Below, piece after piece: positions 26,431 through 39,300 of a DNA stretch of 64,000 nt (the stretch's first letter is position 1; the number at the start of each line of letters is the position of its first letter). The stretch comes from Utricularia gibba. Lineage: Eukaryota > Plantae > Magnoliophyta. The notes under the pieces are model-generated. The model saw only the letters and a list, made by a program, of their open reading frames with translations. It searched no databases and was not told where the DNA came from. The stretch spans positions 1,922,001-1,986,000 of the forward strand of contig NEEC01000007.1 of NCBI GenBank assembly GCA_002189035.1, given 5' to 3'. The position numbers and the translations under genes were made by a program.

Positions 26431-29400
26431 TCAGGTGGTTAAGATCGGAGGCAGGAACTCCGCCAACGTCCCCAGGATCGGTGCTTTGGTGTCGGGGAAG
26501 AACTCCGTTCCTGGGAGATGGGTCACCGTTCCGTCTGGCCTGACTTCGATGGGATAGCTTAGTAGATGCCCTGGCAGATCGGCCTCAATTTCCTCACGAG
26601 CGAAGAGCTCCCAGTTTTGATTCCCGATCGCATTCATCTTCTGTATGCACTCCAAGCCCTCAGGCCGCAGGAAACAGTCATCTAAGGTGCCCGTATGCTC
26701 ATACCACAGGGACATTCTGAACCCGTGGACCACCCCTCGAGCCGGCTCATCGGTCGCGACGTGGTAAGGCTGGTACGCCCCCATGGTGATCTCGGTGTCC
26801 CTGCCACCATCCATGGAACGCTGGTTGATGTTTGCAGAGCCCACTATTATGTACTCGTCATCCACTGCAATAGTTTTAGAAACAAGGCTTTTTATCATTG
26901 ATTTCAGATGGATCATGCAGAATCGAATGAACGAACCCATCATGGTCTTGGCGTGAACGTAGATCATGGCTCTCCGGGCAGCCTGAGCTCGAGAATAGTC
27001 GGTGTTTGGCTCCGGCTTCTCTGGTGGCACGTACTCTCCAGCTTGCTTCACTTCCCTGTTACCTAGGCAAAAGAAGGCTAAATAGTCTTTCAGATTGGCC
27101 TGGATACCCTTAGCCTTGAGGGCAAGAGCCACGTCCGTATACATCATCTGCATCGTTCTTCTTTGCCAATCCAGTATCGCCTGAACTGAAGAAGATTCCG
27201 GGAAACCTTCCGGCCACATCGGTATGACTACATAGACACGGAACTCCTCACCAGCCTCGATCTTACTGGCTATTTTCAGTGACAGTTCTTTGGGAATCAA
27301 ATGCAGGGCGCGAATGTCTGCATCTTTGATGTCTTTCGAGTTCCAGGAGAATGAGCTCCCGAGGAAGTACTGATTCTCAATGTAGATGAATTTGTTGGCC
27401 CGACGGATTGCATGGATGTATGCATCCTGAATGCTCCGCTCGATGATGTTGTCTTTACCTGAAAAATTGCAGGATCAGAAGCCAAAGAAATGAAGATGTT
27501 TCTTGTATTGGATCAAAGGAAGTGTGTGCATATGAATTACATTACCACTAATCAGTCCTGATTTGGCAGCCTCTTCGGGAGAATCTGGGAAGCCGAATGC
27601 GGCACCTCCATCTATCGACCGGAAGACTTGCACGTTCCAAGTCTCTTGGTCGTCCAGAAGCATCACCGGAGATGGCGGCATTATAATCCTATGAAGCTCT
27701 TGCAATGGTAAAAGTAAATCCTTTCCACCCTGTTTGAGCCATCTCTGTTCAAAATTATGAAGAACATCCCAAGCTGCAGATCCTTCAATTCTGCAATGGA
27801 TATCATGCCATGGCTCCCTCGGCCCCCCTTTCTTGATTGTGGCCCCATTGAAATTAGCTTGATGGAAATCGTCTCTGTGAACGCCGTTCAGTGTTCTGAA
27901 AAGGGAATGCGACTGATTGTCGTATCTCCCATCGCAGAGATCAATACCCCCAACGAAACTGATGATATGGCGCTGTTCCTGGGATCCGGAGGGCATCTCG
28001 GCGTCGACGACGACCGTCTTCTGATGATGTGTGAACATCGTCCCTATCTCAATATCCTGCACTAAGGAGCTGCCGTTATCGGGATTCCGAGGGCAGAGAA
28101 CGCAGTGAACCTCAGTATTCATGAAGTAGAAAGATGTATCTGAATCGTGCGTCGCCATTAGTCCATCCTTGTTGAGCAGAGGAACTGAAGTTCTGTCATC
28201 CCAGACAAGAAGTAGAACTCTGACCCCTTGGTTTGCTTTCTTCTTCAGCAATTCGCCGAGAGTGATCGTTTCTCCTGTTCGAGATCTTCGAGGATCCCTC
28301 ATCAGGGAGATCTCAGCGAACACGGACCATCCAGCGACGTAGACGAAATGCTTAGCACCGTCAATGGCGTGGAAAATATCCTCCCAGCAGCGGTGCACCT
28401 CGTACATCCTTCCACCCGCGAGGCGTATCGGAGGAACGAAGCTATCGGCGGAATGCGCGTCCTGATAGAGAGTAACCCTGCAGCCATTCCTCTGCGGAAA
28501 GAAGGTGAAGGGGACTCCAGTGAAATTAGGGCTTTTCAGCCCCTGCGACCAGAACGGCAGCCGAGTGACATCAAAGAACTGAATCTTAACATGGATCTTA
28601 GAGTTTCCATGAATAGGATGATGATCGGAGTCAAGTATCGGTAGCCACTTCTCAATTTCGTCACCGGCAACAAGATCCGCCGCCGCGATGTAGGATCTCC
28701 GATCACCGCCGCACCGACCGGGTTGGTGGCCTTCACGGAGAACACAACCTCACTGGCCGTGTGAGCGCAGTAGACATAGAACTTCTCGAGCCACCGCGGG
28801 CTCGACTGCTCCTCCAGGAGACGCGTGCGACCCACACGCGCCCTCCCAACGTCAACAGTGGCATAGAGCTTATGCGTCCCTTTCCCGAAGCCCACCAGAC
28901 CCCCAACCCCTCAACTATCTGCAATTTTTAATTAAAAAAAAACATATAACTTATTTTAGAAAAAATCATTAAAACTAGAAAAAAATTATCTATTACATAA
29001 AATTAAAATAATCATTTTCGTAAATGCTCCCGGCATCCATCAGACTCTCGTAAAATAACTGGTTTGACTTAATCAACCTTTGAAAAAATCATTCTAAAAT
29101 TAATTTTAACATAATTGAAAATTGTGATAAAATGAGAATTGTTGTATGTGGCATGTGTGAAAGTATTTTTTAAAAATAATTATTATATGATTGATTATTT
29201 TTTAAAACAAAAAAAATAAGAATTGATTTTTAGAAGTAAATGATATATGCTATGAATTTATTTAAATGAAACATATTATATAATACCAATATTTATCAAA
29301 CTCAGAATCAATAATTCGAAATCAATGTTTTAAAAAATAGGAATCGATCTTTATAATATTTATTTATCAACATTTATCAAATAAGCATAATAGTAAATTT

Positions 29401-29813
29401 ATTTTGATGAAAAACTACACATTCATGTGTTATCATAGAATTAAATTTACTCAAAAAAATCAATTCTCATAGAAAAGAATCAAATCAATTATATGAAATT
29501 AGATTTGAAACATAGCTTTAGTGGATTGAAAATAATGACATGGGTTATCACAAGGTTAATTCACTCCTATGAAGCCCAGAGTGGCGAATGGGTAGACCGA
29601 TTACCACACACAAAAGATGGACGCACTGCAACATGACACAGGAACAGGATCAGGATCAGGATCAGGGGGGAGTTTTGTTTTTCTTCTTTGCGAGGGGAGG
29701 AGAAAGGGTAGATCGATTACCTCGTGGAAGACGTGGCGTAAACCTGCCATGCGCAGATGGTCGACCTCGTACACGGTGACGTGGAGCTCGCCGTGGAGCA
29801 GCGGAGGCGCCAT
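26431..29813 (-). CDS. PLDA: Phospholipase D alpha (C2-PLD), 4 coding exons, with three -1 frameshifts in the C2 region
   Basis: Exon 1 29813-29721 ([16 protein letters not shown]). Exon 2 starts at 28918 with the C2 domain. Both HKD motifs are present (HHQKTVVVD; HAKTMM|VD) and the C-terminus is LPPILTT*. Introns at ~27545-27460 and 26936-26865. Single-base gaps at ~28900, ~28697 and ~28508. Confidence 0.9.
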
Positions 29814-32416
29814 CGCCGTCGTCGTCTTCTTCTTCTTCTTCGCGTGTCTGAGCCCAGCCCAGCCGACGATCAGCAAGATTGTGCGTTTGGGGGCAAATTG
29901 ACTTTTTTAATCGATCCCGCGCGAATATTAAATGGGCAGCCACCCTGGAAAAATCTTTTCAGAGGGCAGGTGATTTGGCCCCACTCCTCCAACCCGCAAC
30001 TACAAAAATGAACACACACTAAATACCGAAAGACGGATTTGCCCTTCAACGGATAAGCGCTCGCCGGGCTGTCCGCCTGCCACCATTGAAAAAATAAAAT
30101 AATTATAATGATAATACATCAAATTAATAATGTATGGGCGTTTGTGGATGATAATCATAGCGTTATTGTAACAAATGAACAACTAGCATTTGAATTGTAT
30201 TCGATTTGATTAATATCATTTATTTTCGTTCAATATATCAATATAATTATTTATAAAATTAATTATTATCATTTCTTGGAGTTTGGTCATACCGTATAAA
30301 TCATGTCATCGCAATATACTATTTAAGGATAAGAAAAATCTACCAAAATTCAAGGGGCCCCACTCGGCCGATCTCATGAGTCTTTGCAAGGACTTTGGAC
30401 GCCTCTCAACCACCCACGAGTAGTTCCACATGGTACACATTCTATTTATCTATTCTGGGATCGAATTATTGACCGGTTCGTTATCGAGTCACAAACGATG
30501 ATGTCATGTCATTGAGCCCGGTTCATCTCGTGAAAAGCTAGACCCGTATCTCAAATCATATTTAGGTCTTCTAGTTGGACAAGTGGATGTTGCCCGAGGT
30601 GCACCATGCCAGCTGTCTGGTGTGGACTACTACGCCTTGTATTTTCAATCATCGCCTTTTTATATTATTTAATTTATTTGGATTCACATAAAAATAATGT
30701 ATACATTCATTAGCTTTTTACGATTACATAGGTTTAATTTTAAATAAATATTTTAACTTTATGTTTATTTAAACTTACGAAGTAAATTTGATATAATTTA
30801 TAGTTATTATGTTAAATCTCCATAATCTAGTTAATTAAATTTTGTTAAAGGATCTACGGATTTCAATATTATACTCAATTTTTCATATTGTATTTCAGAT
30901 ATTTTAACAAAATTTCATACCTTAATATTGTTTTATTAGAAATAAAAGATTTTTAATTTCTGAAATTTTCGATTAGAAAAAAAAAAAAAAAAAAAGTCAC
31001 CCCTCTGACTCGTAATTTTTTACTCATCTCAAGTTTCATGGAGTAGCGCATTTTGAACGACAATCGTTGTACTGTCCCTAGAAGCAGACAAGCAGTTACG
31101 AGGCTGATCTGGGTGTCGGAATCTTCAGACCAAGTAGCTCTAGCGATATTCAATATTGCAGGCTATCTTTTACGCAGCCTGTTGGAGTGCAAAACCCCTA
31201 CACCGAGTCTGCTGTTGTTTACAAAGGTAACGTAATCAATCGCATGAAAGTTGCGTTGTATTCAACTCTTTCAGTGTCATCGTTGTCGCGTAGTTCTGAT
31301 CCATTGTGCGTCGTATTTCTACATTGTCCACTTCAGTCCTCTTCAATCGCCAAAGGGTCTCATCCCAGTGATTTTCTGAATGGGAATTATACGATCAAGT
31401 TACTAATGTAAAGGGAAGAGAAGTTGTGAAGAATTGATTGAGTTAATGTGTGCAATTGTGTTTTACAATGTGAATTGTTTGTTGTCTATAATTCTTTATG
31501 CAAACAATCATTGGAATGTGGTTCTTCAAGCTTCGTTTTGTCTCTGAAACTGAATTTTTATTCATAACAAGTACCAGGTTGGGGAAGTGAGGAGTGGGTT
31601 CATTTTCATTTAATTCACTGCGGATCAAGTTATTCTTATTATATATATACCTAGAGTAGTTGCCAAAACATCTACCCACCTCAAAAGCTCCAGTCTTTTT
31701 CTTTTGCAAAGTGTCACAGACCTGCGAACACTGGAGCAAAAGGTGACGGAGAGGCCGTAGGCAAGTTCCTTTGTTGCTCTTCTTTGCTGATTTCCACGAA
31801 TCCTGGCGAGAACTGACTCGTGTCGAAGGTACATTGATTTTTTTTTGTGCAATTGGATTTTGTTCGTGCTTTTTTTCCAATCTTTCGCCGATCCGTGAAA
31901 ATTGAGGTTTTGGGTGTTTGATGGGTCTCGGGAATTTTGTATGCACTTTTCCTTTCGATGTGGTTGGTGTGCTTTGCTGTTTGGGTGATCAGATCTAAGC
32001 GTTTTGTTGTAGAAAAGGTTGTATCTTGTTTGCCGTTTCCGTTCTTGAGCTTGGTTTCCGTCAATTTTTGATGTAACTCGTTACCCAAGTTGTTGATTTC
32101 GTAGATACCGAGTTTCTTCAAGTATGAGTTTGTGGGCTTTTCGTGTGTAATTCATGTGCGTACGCCCTGTGAACTTTCTTTTTTCGCATTTCTGTGAACC
32201 AGAGACCATTTTTGTGTTCATATTATTCTGGTTCGTTAATGTCCCTCCCGTGTCTTTTCAGCAAGCAATCATTATGAAATTTCTTGTATCCAATAAATTT
32301 TGTCATTGTGAATGTCTTTGGTGCCATTCTGTGATGATCTCTTGGTTTTTTCCCTTTCAGGATCTCTTCAATTCACCTTACATTTGGCGCTTCTGCTGTC
32401 TACTGATCAGAAGAGC

Positions 32417-34137
32417 ATGGTGGCTACAGCTGCAGTTTCAGCGTTTCTGTCATCACCTTCTCCTCCATCTTCTGAGTTCTCCGGAAAAGGAGGTGGAAAC
32501 ACCACATCAAGAGTTGATGTTCGTGGAGCTAGAATTAAATCAAAATCAACCTCTTCAGGGAGATTACAGGTTAAAACAAATGCTCAGGCTCCTTCAAAAG
32601 TCAATGGGACTAGAGTTGGAGTCTTGGATGGTACAAAGTTTGATGATGAGGGGATTATCGCTCCCCCTCCAAGGACATTCATTAACCAATTGCCTGATTG
32701 GAGCATGCTTCTTGCTGCAATTACAACTATCTTTCTAGCTGCTGAAAAGCAATGGATGATGCTTGATTGGAAACCAAAGCGTGCTGATATGCTTGTGGAT
32801 CCATTTGGCTTTGGGAGGATTGTGCAGGATGGTTCCATATTCTGCCAGAACTTTAGTATTCGCTCATACGAAATTGGGGCAGATCGAACAGCTTCAATAG
32901 AGACACTAATGAATCATTTACAAGTACATGGCTATCTTTTTATTGTTTTTTTTGCCCTGCTCGTGAATTTTTAATGCTTCTCCTTCATTGCTGGTAGACC
33001 TGCTCTCCCCTCAGGAAACAGCTCTAAACCACGTAAAGAGTGCTGGACTACTCGCCAATGGCTTTGGTTCAACACCTGAGATGTGCAAGCGGAATTTGAT
33101 TTGGGTTGTCTCCAAGATGCAGATTCTTGTAGACCGTTACCCTCAATGGTAAAGCATAGCTAAATGACATGGTGCACAATTCCTTTGGATGGTAGTGCAA
33201 TTTGACATTGATCAATGGCTTGCATTGAAGGGGTGATGTTGTTCAGATACAAACTTGGGTTGCAGCAGCCGGTAAGAACGGTATGCGTCGAGACTGGCTG
33301 ATGCGGGACTGCAATAATGGTGATACATTGCTTAGAGCTACAAGGTTTGAAAATGTGCATTTGTTCAGTACTTTTTCTTAGCAAAAGATAGCAATTTTCT
33401 GATCACCCTATGTGCTATGATCAGCACTTGGGTGATGATGAATAAAGAAACAAGAAGGTTGTCTAAAATCCCTGATGAGGTTCGAGCAGAAATTTGTGAC
33501 TATTTCGTTGATACACCTCCTATTGTTGCTGAAGACGACCGGAAGCTTGTTAAACTTGATGCTAGCAGTGCAGATCACTCCCGCACCGGCTTAATGGTAA
33601 GCTGCAGGCTCTTTTCCTCCTCACCATGCCACATTGGCTTCCTGATGTGCATTTGTTTTTCACCTGTAGCCTCGATGGAATGATTTGGACCTCAACCAGC
33701 ATGTGAACAATGTCAAGTACGTTGGTTGGATTCTTGAGGCAAGCATCTTGTTTTCTGATTCTTGCATTCCATTTTATGTAGTTTCCTTGCTCTTTCGCAT
33801 CGGATTTACAGAGAAGTTTCGTTACAAAACCCGTAGAAATCATCACAACAAAGTTTTAGCTCTTTCAGCTCTTTCTGTGGCTGTGTTGTGTGTTCAGAGT
33901 ACTCCACCATCCATCCTGGAGAAGCATGAGTTGGCTGGCCTGACACTGGAGTACCGGAGGGAGTGCACAAGGAGCAGCACCGTGGAATCCCACACCTCTG
34001 TGATGAACAAGGACGACGAAAGCTCTCCCCTGGAATGCCAGCACCTGCTCTGCCTCGAAGGTGGTGGCGAAATCGTCAAGGGGCGGAGCCTCTGGCGCTC
34101 CAAGTTCGACAGGGCGATCACTGCACCCCCAGAGTGA
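32417..34137 (+). CDS. FATB: Acyl-ACP thioesterase FATB, 6 coding exons, plus a 5' UTR intron
   Basis: MVATAAVSAF, hydrophobic FATB segment PDWSMLLAAITTIFLAAEKQW, SIRSYEIGADRTASIETLMNHLQETA, active-site DLNQHVNNVKY and LEYRREC. Confidence 0.95.
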
Positions 34138-34768
34138 TCCAGCAGAAACTGTGGCGCTCTAAGAAACATTCAGCCTCCAGAGTGATGGCTGGATATCGTC
34201 CTCCAAGTTAGTAAATGATGCTCTTCCATTTGTTCATTGCTTTGGGACGAAGAAGACTGACTATACAGTAAACTGTGCCTCTTACCTGCGTCCTGCTCTG
34301 TGAGTTTGAATGTGTATATTCGAATTCAAGTGAAATGACTGCTGTTGGAAAAGGCCGGAAGCCGTTGTCCCGAATGACACTCCGGCGAGTTCCGAATCAG
34401 TCGATCGATTCAACAGAACGGATGCCCATCCTGATCAGATTCCGTCATCAGCAGATTCCGGGGATCGCATTGATGGGACTGGGAGGATGATTTCCGGCGA
34501 CGGCGAGAGATGAAATGAAATAAATAAACAAATATATTAAAATGAAATAATATTAAAAATGATTATTTTATCACATATATCGCAGGATTGTGTTAATTAA
34601 AAATAGGAAAATTGCAATTAAGATTGTGGAACAATCCGTTTTTCTTTTTTTTTTTTAAAACTAGATTTTTTTATTTTCGAATTCATCAAGGTTTATTTTC
34701 GAGTTGATACCGTTGAAGTGTAGACTGGTAAAACTAGCGGCGCGAGAGAGAGACGTTTTAGCAGAGCT

Positions 34769-35848
34769 ATGAGCCCAGAGGTGTTGGGGGTATTCCTTCT
34801 TTGTATTGGTTTAGGCTTGTTGATTATTCTTCCTCGCCGTCGGAGATCCGGTAAGTTTACCCTCGATTCACGCGTTGAGGACTGTAGGCCTCAATTGGTT
34901 CTGATTTCTTGAAATTTGATGAAATGCAGGGGATTACAAGGTGGCGAAGTCGAGTGTCACTTCTCAGGTGACTCGGGACACGGTTTTTTGTGTTTGATGA
35001 GATAGAACATGCATCATTGAATGAGAATTACTTCGTTCTTGACTCCGCTGATTTTATGATGTTTTGGACTACAAGAGGATATATTTCTTGTACTTCAGGA
35101 AACTGACATTACTTGCAGTCGGGTAATTTTAAGTCGTGAATGCTGGTTTTAGCATTCACAATGTTTGCTAGATTTCTCTAGAAACGGTTGGATCCAATTT
35201 CTGTTGAATCCATGTAGTGAATCTCAGAGCTGTGGCTTGTGGCACAATGACAGAATGTTCGACGGGCTTTTGCAATTGTCATGAGAGATCAATTCCATTG
35301 CTTTTCTTGTTTTTTTCAAGCGTTCTTTGTTTCCCATCTGCTGGTAGTTGCTGATTCATTCAATGTTGTGTGAAGCCATACAAAGCATACACTAAAGCTG
35401 AAGTTGCACCGCACAACAAAAGGACTGACTGTTGGATCATCATCAAAGAAAAGGTTTTCACAGAATCAGTCTTCATTAGCCCTGCTAAGTGTCTAGAATT
35501 CAGCAATTGCATTCAGTCTCTATGGTTATCATATTGACTCCTTGCATTCAGGTGTATGATGTTACATCTTATGTGGAAGAACACCCTGGAGGAGACGCTA
35601 TCCTTGCACATGCCGGTGATGATTCTACTGAAGGCTTTTTTGGGTAACATCTCCGCTTTTTATTGTTAAGTTGCTGTCATCTTGCCTGCATCACTGTACA
35701 CATTGTTGTCTGTAGTTTTTGCGTCGAGAACCCTCCTGATTGGCTCATGTTCTTCATATAATTCACTTCATATCATGACAGGCCACAACATGCAACTAGA
35801 GTTTTCGAAATGATTGAAGACTTCTGCATTGGAGAGCTCGTAAAATGA
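34769..35848 (+). CDS. CB5LP: Cytochrome b5-like protein with N-terminal membrane anchor (CB5LP/At1g60660-like), 5 short exons, absent from the ORF track
   Basis: Spliced MSPEVLGVFLLCIGLGLLIILPRRRRSG-DYKVAKSSVTSQ-PYKAYTKAEVAPHNKRTDCWIIIKEK-VYDVTSYVEEHPGGDAILAHAGDDSTEGFFG-PQHATRVFEMIEDFCIGELVK*. The HPGG heme motif is present. Confidence 0.9.
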
Positions 35849-36060
35849 TTTGTTTGCTTTCAAGCGCTATTCTTTACCCTGTTTGAGATGATTTATTTGC
35901 TTAATCCTTCCATGAAATTGTATCTGTCCGGTTTTGAGAACCAATGAACCGTTTTCTATTTTGATTCAAATGCTTCATCTAATGCCACTATTTTACGCTT
36001 ATCAAGTGATTCAGCAGAACGCCTGCCTAAACGCTTTACGTTTACGCTTGTTCTATTACA

Positions 36061-36120
36061 ACGGCCACTTACCATAAATAATCTATTCCTACGGTCACTT
36101 ACCATAAATAATCTATTCGT
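36061..36120. repeat. Tandem 30-bp duplication (28/30 identical)
   Basis: ACGGCCACTTACCATAAATAATCTATTCCT followed by ACGGTCACTTACCATAAATAATCTATTCGT. Confidence 0.9.
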
Positions 36121-36300
36121 TATCTAATTTGAAGCATAAGCAGGCTCAATGACTGGTTTGATTTTATTATTTCCCTTCAAGTGTTTTCGGTTTTTATATT
36201 ATCACTTTTTTTTTTTTGACGAGGTAGTCATCACCAATCCTCGAGGAATGAATATACAAGTGAAGAAGCCGTGACCTGTGGCAGAGTAAGAGGAAGAGCA

Positions 36301-39300
36301 ATGGCGGGTGTGCTTCTCAGCAACAATTTTTCATCCAATAAAGTTTGCTTCTTCAAGTTGAGACCCCATTCTCCGTTCCACCAACAGTTCTTCAGGTTTC
36401 CATCATCGCTTCGGATATACTGTGCGGATAAGGCTAGAAGGACAGGGAAATTGAGGTACCCATCTGAGAGGAGGAAGTTAAAACATCGCCAATTGCCTCA
36501 GTTTGACGTCGCGACGAAGCCAGAGGGGGTTTGGAGGCTTTCGATGTTAGGGGTTTCAGTCCATGAAGACCCTGGGAAAGACTTTTATGGCGTGTCGGAG
36601 GCGTTGATGAAAGAGATAGCTAAAGTTCTTGAATTTCCGGTTGAAATACCATATCGCTGATGTCGTTTCTGTGGTTTTGTTTTGTATTCTTGACACAAGT
36701 GCTTGCCATTTTTAAGCTGAAAGTTTCCCGTTTGTTAATCCCATACCGCTACTTGCGATTTGTTTCTCAGGTTGCGTCAATGCTGCCGCAAGAGGCATTC
36801 ACCGTTGTGAGAAAGTCCTTTGATGTGAGGAAGGTACGTACAAGTGGTGCATTTATGTTGTTTAGTTTTAATTCCTGGGAAGATCCACCGTTTCCCAGCC
36901 GTACCCTCTTCGCTTCTACAGACCTGAACCTGTAGAAAATTGCAGCCTGATGACTGATTCTTATCAGTTAGCTATTGTATATTGTATCATTAATAAAGAT
37001 AGACGACGTCTATTGATGGAACTAACGAAGTTAGTAAAGCTTCCCATGAATTTTGTGAAAAAAAGATAAGATTGTGATGGCTTTGCTGTTGATCTTGATG
37101 CTTCATTATGTGTGTTGCAGAAGGAACCGAAGTTTGTGTACACTGTGGATATGGATCTTAATAAGATGCTTACCCTTGAGCCTCGTACATGGGAATTTCT
37201 CTCTGAACTGAAACCAAAAGTTGGGCGTCTGGAGTTTTTACATCCTGGCAGATTATCTCGTGATCTGGTGAGTACAATACGGGGACTCCGAAATGAGGTG
37301 GATGAGTCTTCGTCTCCTGGAGAAGTTACCAAAGGCCACAACATTATAAGTCAGAAGCTGTCGACAAAGTTAAATCCCAAAGTAATGGTTGTTGGTAGCG
37401 GCCCTTCAGGACTGTTTGCTTCTCTCGTCCTTGCTGAACTTGGTGCAGATGTCACAATTGTAGAAAGAGGAAATGCAGTGGAACAAAGAGGGCGTGATAT
37501 AGGTGCATTGGTAGCCCGCCGGATGTTACAACCCGAAAGCAATTTTTGCTTTGGAGAGGTCATATATTTATCTAATTAGTGGCAAAGGCCACATATTACA
37601 TTTTTTTTAATCATTAATATCCTCATGAAGGTGAAATTTTTGTCTTCTGAGTCAAGCATGTTGGGATGGCTCAATGCTAATTGGATAGTATTGAGTTTCT
37701 TTTATACTGTAGATTTCTACGTTTCGTTATAATCTTTTGGCTTCACTTGGTGATAATAACTGTGCCTTATCATTGTTGATATGTTTTCCATGTGATTTGT
37801 CATCTGTTAAAAACTTATGTTTACAGGGTGGTGCAGGTACCTGGAGTGATGGGAAGCTTGTAACAAGAATTGGAAAAAACAACAATAGTGTTCTCACAGT
37901 AAGTATTTCTATGTATCTGTGACCTTCCTTAATCTATTATACTCTCTTCTATGCATTTTATGGGTTTCCCCTCTTGAAGCTTCTCTGGTATGGATCGAGG
38001 TTCAACAGAATGTTCCATAGACGTGCTTATGAATTTTGTGTATGTAGGTCCTGAAGACATTGGTTTATTTTGGTGCTCCTTACAGCATACTTGTGGATGG
38101 AAAGCCTCACCTTGGAACGGACAGGCTTATCCCACTACTCCGCAACTTTCGCCAATACCTGCAAGGAATGGGTGTGAGTACCTTATTCAGATAGTGTACA
38201 TTGTAAACACTCAGCTGCATGTGCACTCATACGCTTTGTTTCAATATGTTTCGCATTTGATTAGGTGACCATGAAGTTTGGAGCAAGGCTGGATGATCTT
38301 CTAGTGAAGGATGACAATGTGACTGGAATTAAAATTTCTGATTCAACTTGCAAATTTGAGTCGCATTCTCAGAACCTGGATTGCGATGCTGTAGTTCTTG
38401 CCATAGGCCATTCCGCCAGGGACACATATCAAATGCTTATGTCTCATAATGTGAACATGGTGCCTAAAGACTTTGCCGTTAAGTTTCCATCTCTGTCTAA
38501 TATCATCTCTCTGTGACATGCGGTATACTGATTTTTTTTTTTTTTTGATGAAATTATATTCCCTTAAATTTCAACACAAATTTTTGTTCACATTTTGCAG
38601 GTAGGCCTGCGTGTTGAACATCCCCAGCAACTGATAAATACTATACAGGTTAGTCTGTCAAAATATATTTGGTGATCTATGATGACTGTGCACGAAACAT
38701 AATAAGATCTACAATTTTCAGTACTCTGGACTAGCCAGTGAGGTTCGAAGTGGGCGTGGCAAGGTGCCTGTGGCAGATTACCACGTTGCTGAGTACATAG
38801 ATAAGAAGCACATGAGTGAACGTGTATCCACATCTTTGAATCCATCCAGCCGTAGTTGTTACTCCTTCTGCATGTGTCCTGGTGGCCAGGTATCCTTCTA
38901 ATAGCATGCTTACTGCTTTATCCTGGGCCAACCTTAATCTCCATAAATTACAGCCATATTTTTCTTGTGAGTTGTGTGTGTTTACTGGTAGCTCACACAG
39001 AGACACCTTTCTCCTACAAAATCTAAACCATTGCCTTCCAAAATGTAATGCAGGTTGTCCTCACAAGCACAGACCCTTCAGAAATTTGTATCAATGGCAT
39101 GTCGTTCTCTCGGCGCTCGTCCAGATGGGCAAATGCAGCACTTGCAGTGACTGTGTCATCAAAAGATTTTAATGCTTTAGATTTTTTTGGGCCTCTTGCC
39201 GGGGTTGAATTCCAGGTATTTCTTCCTTCAAGTATCTCCATTCACCAGTTTCTGAGATCTCCTTCAACTTTCAAATAGCTTCTGTCATGTCGAATGGGGT

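Noticed and set aside
26865-26936. In-frame 72-nt insertion within the second HKD motif of PLD
   Set aside because: It is an ordinary GT-AG intron at the position I recall as conserved in PLD-alpha genes; removing it restores HAKTMMVDDEY.
34461-34474. 14-nt identity to miR393 (GGGATCGCATTGAT)
   Set aside because: The 5' seed (TCCAAA) does not match, there is no fold-back arm or miR393* nearby, and the opposite strand lacks both good target pairing and a central mimic bulge. A 14-mer hit among many miRNAs is plausible by chance.
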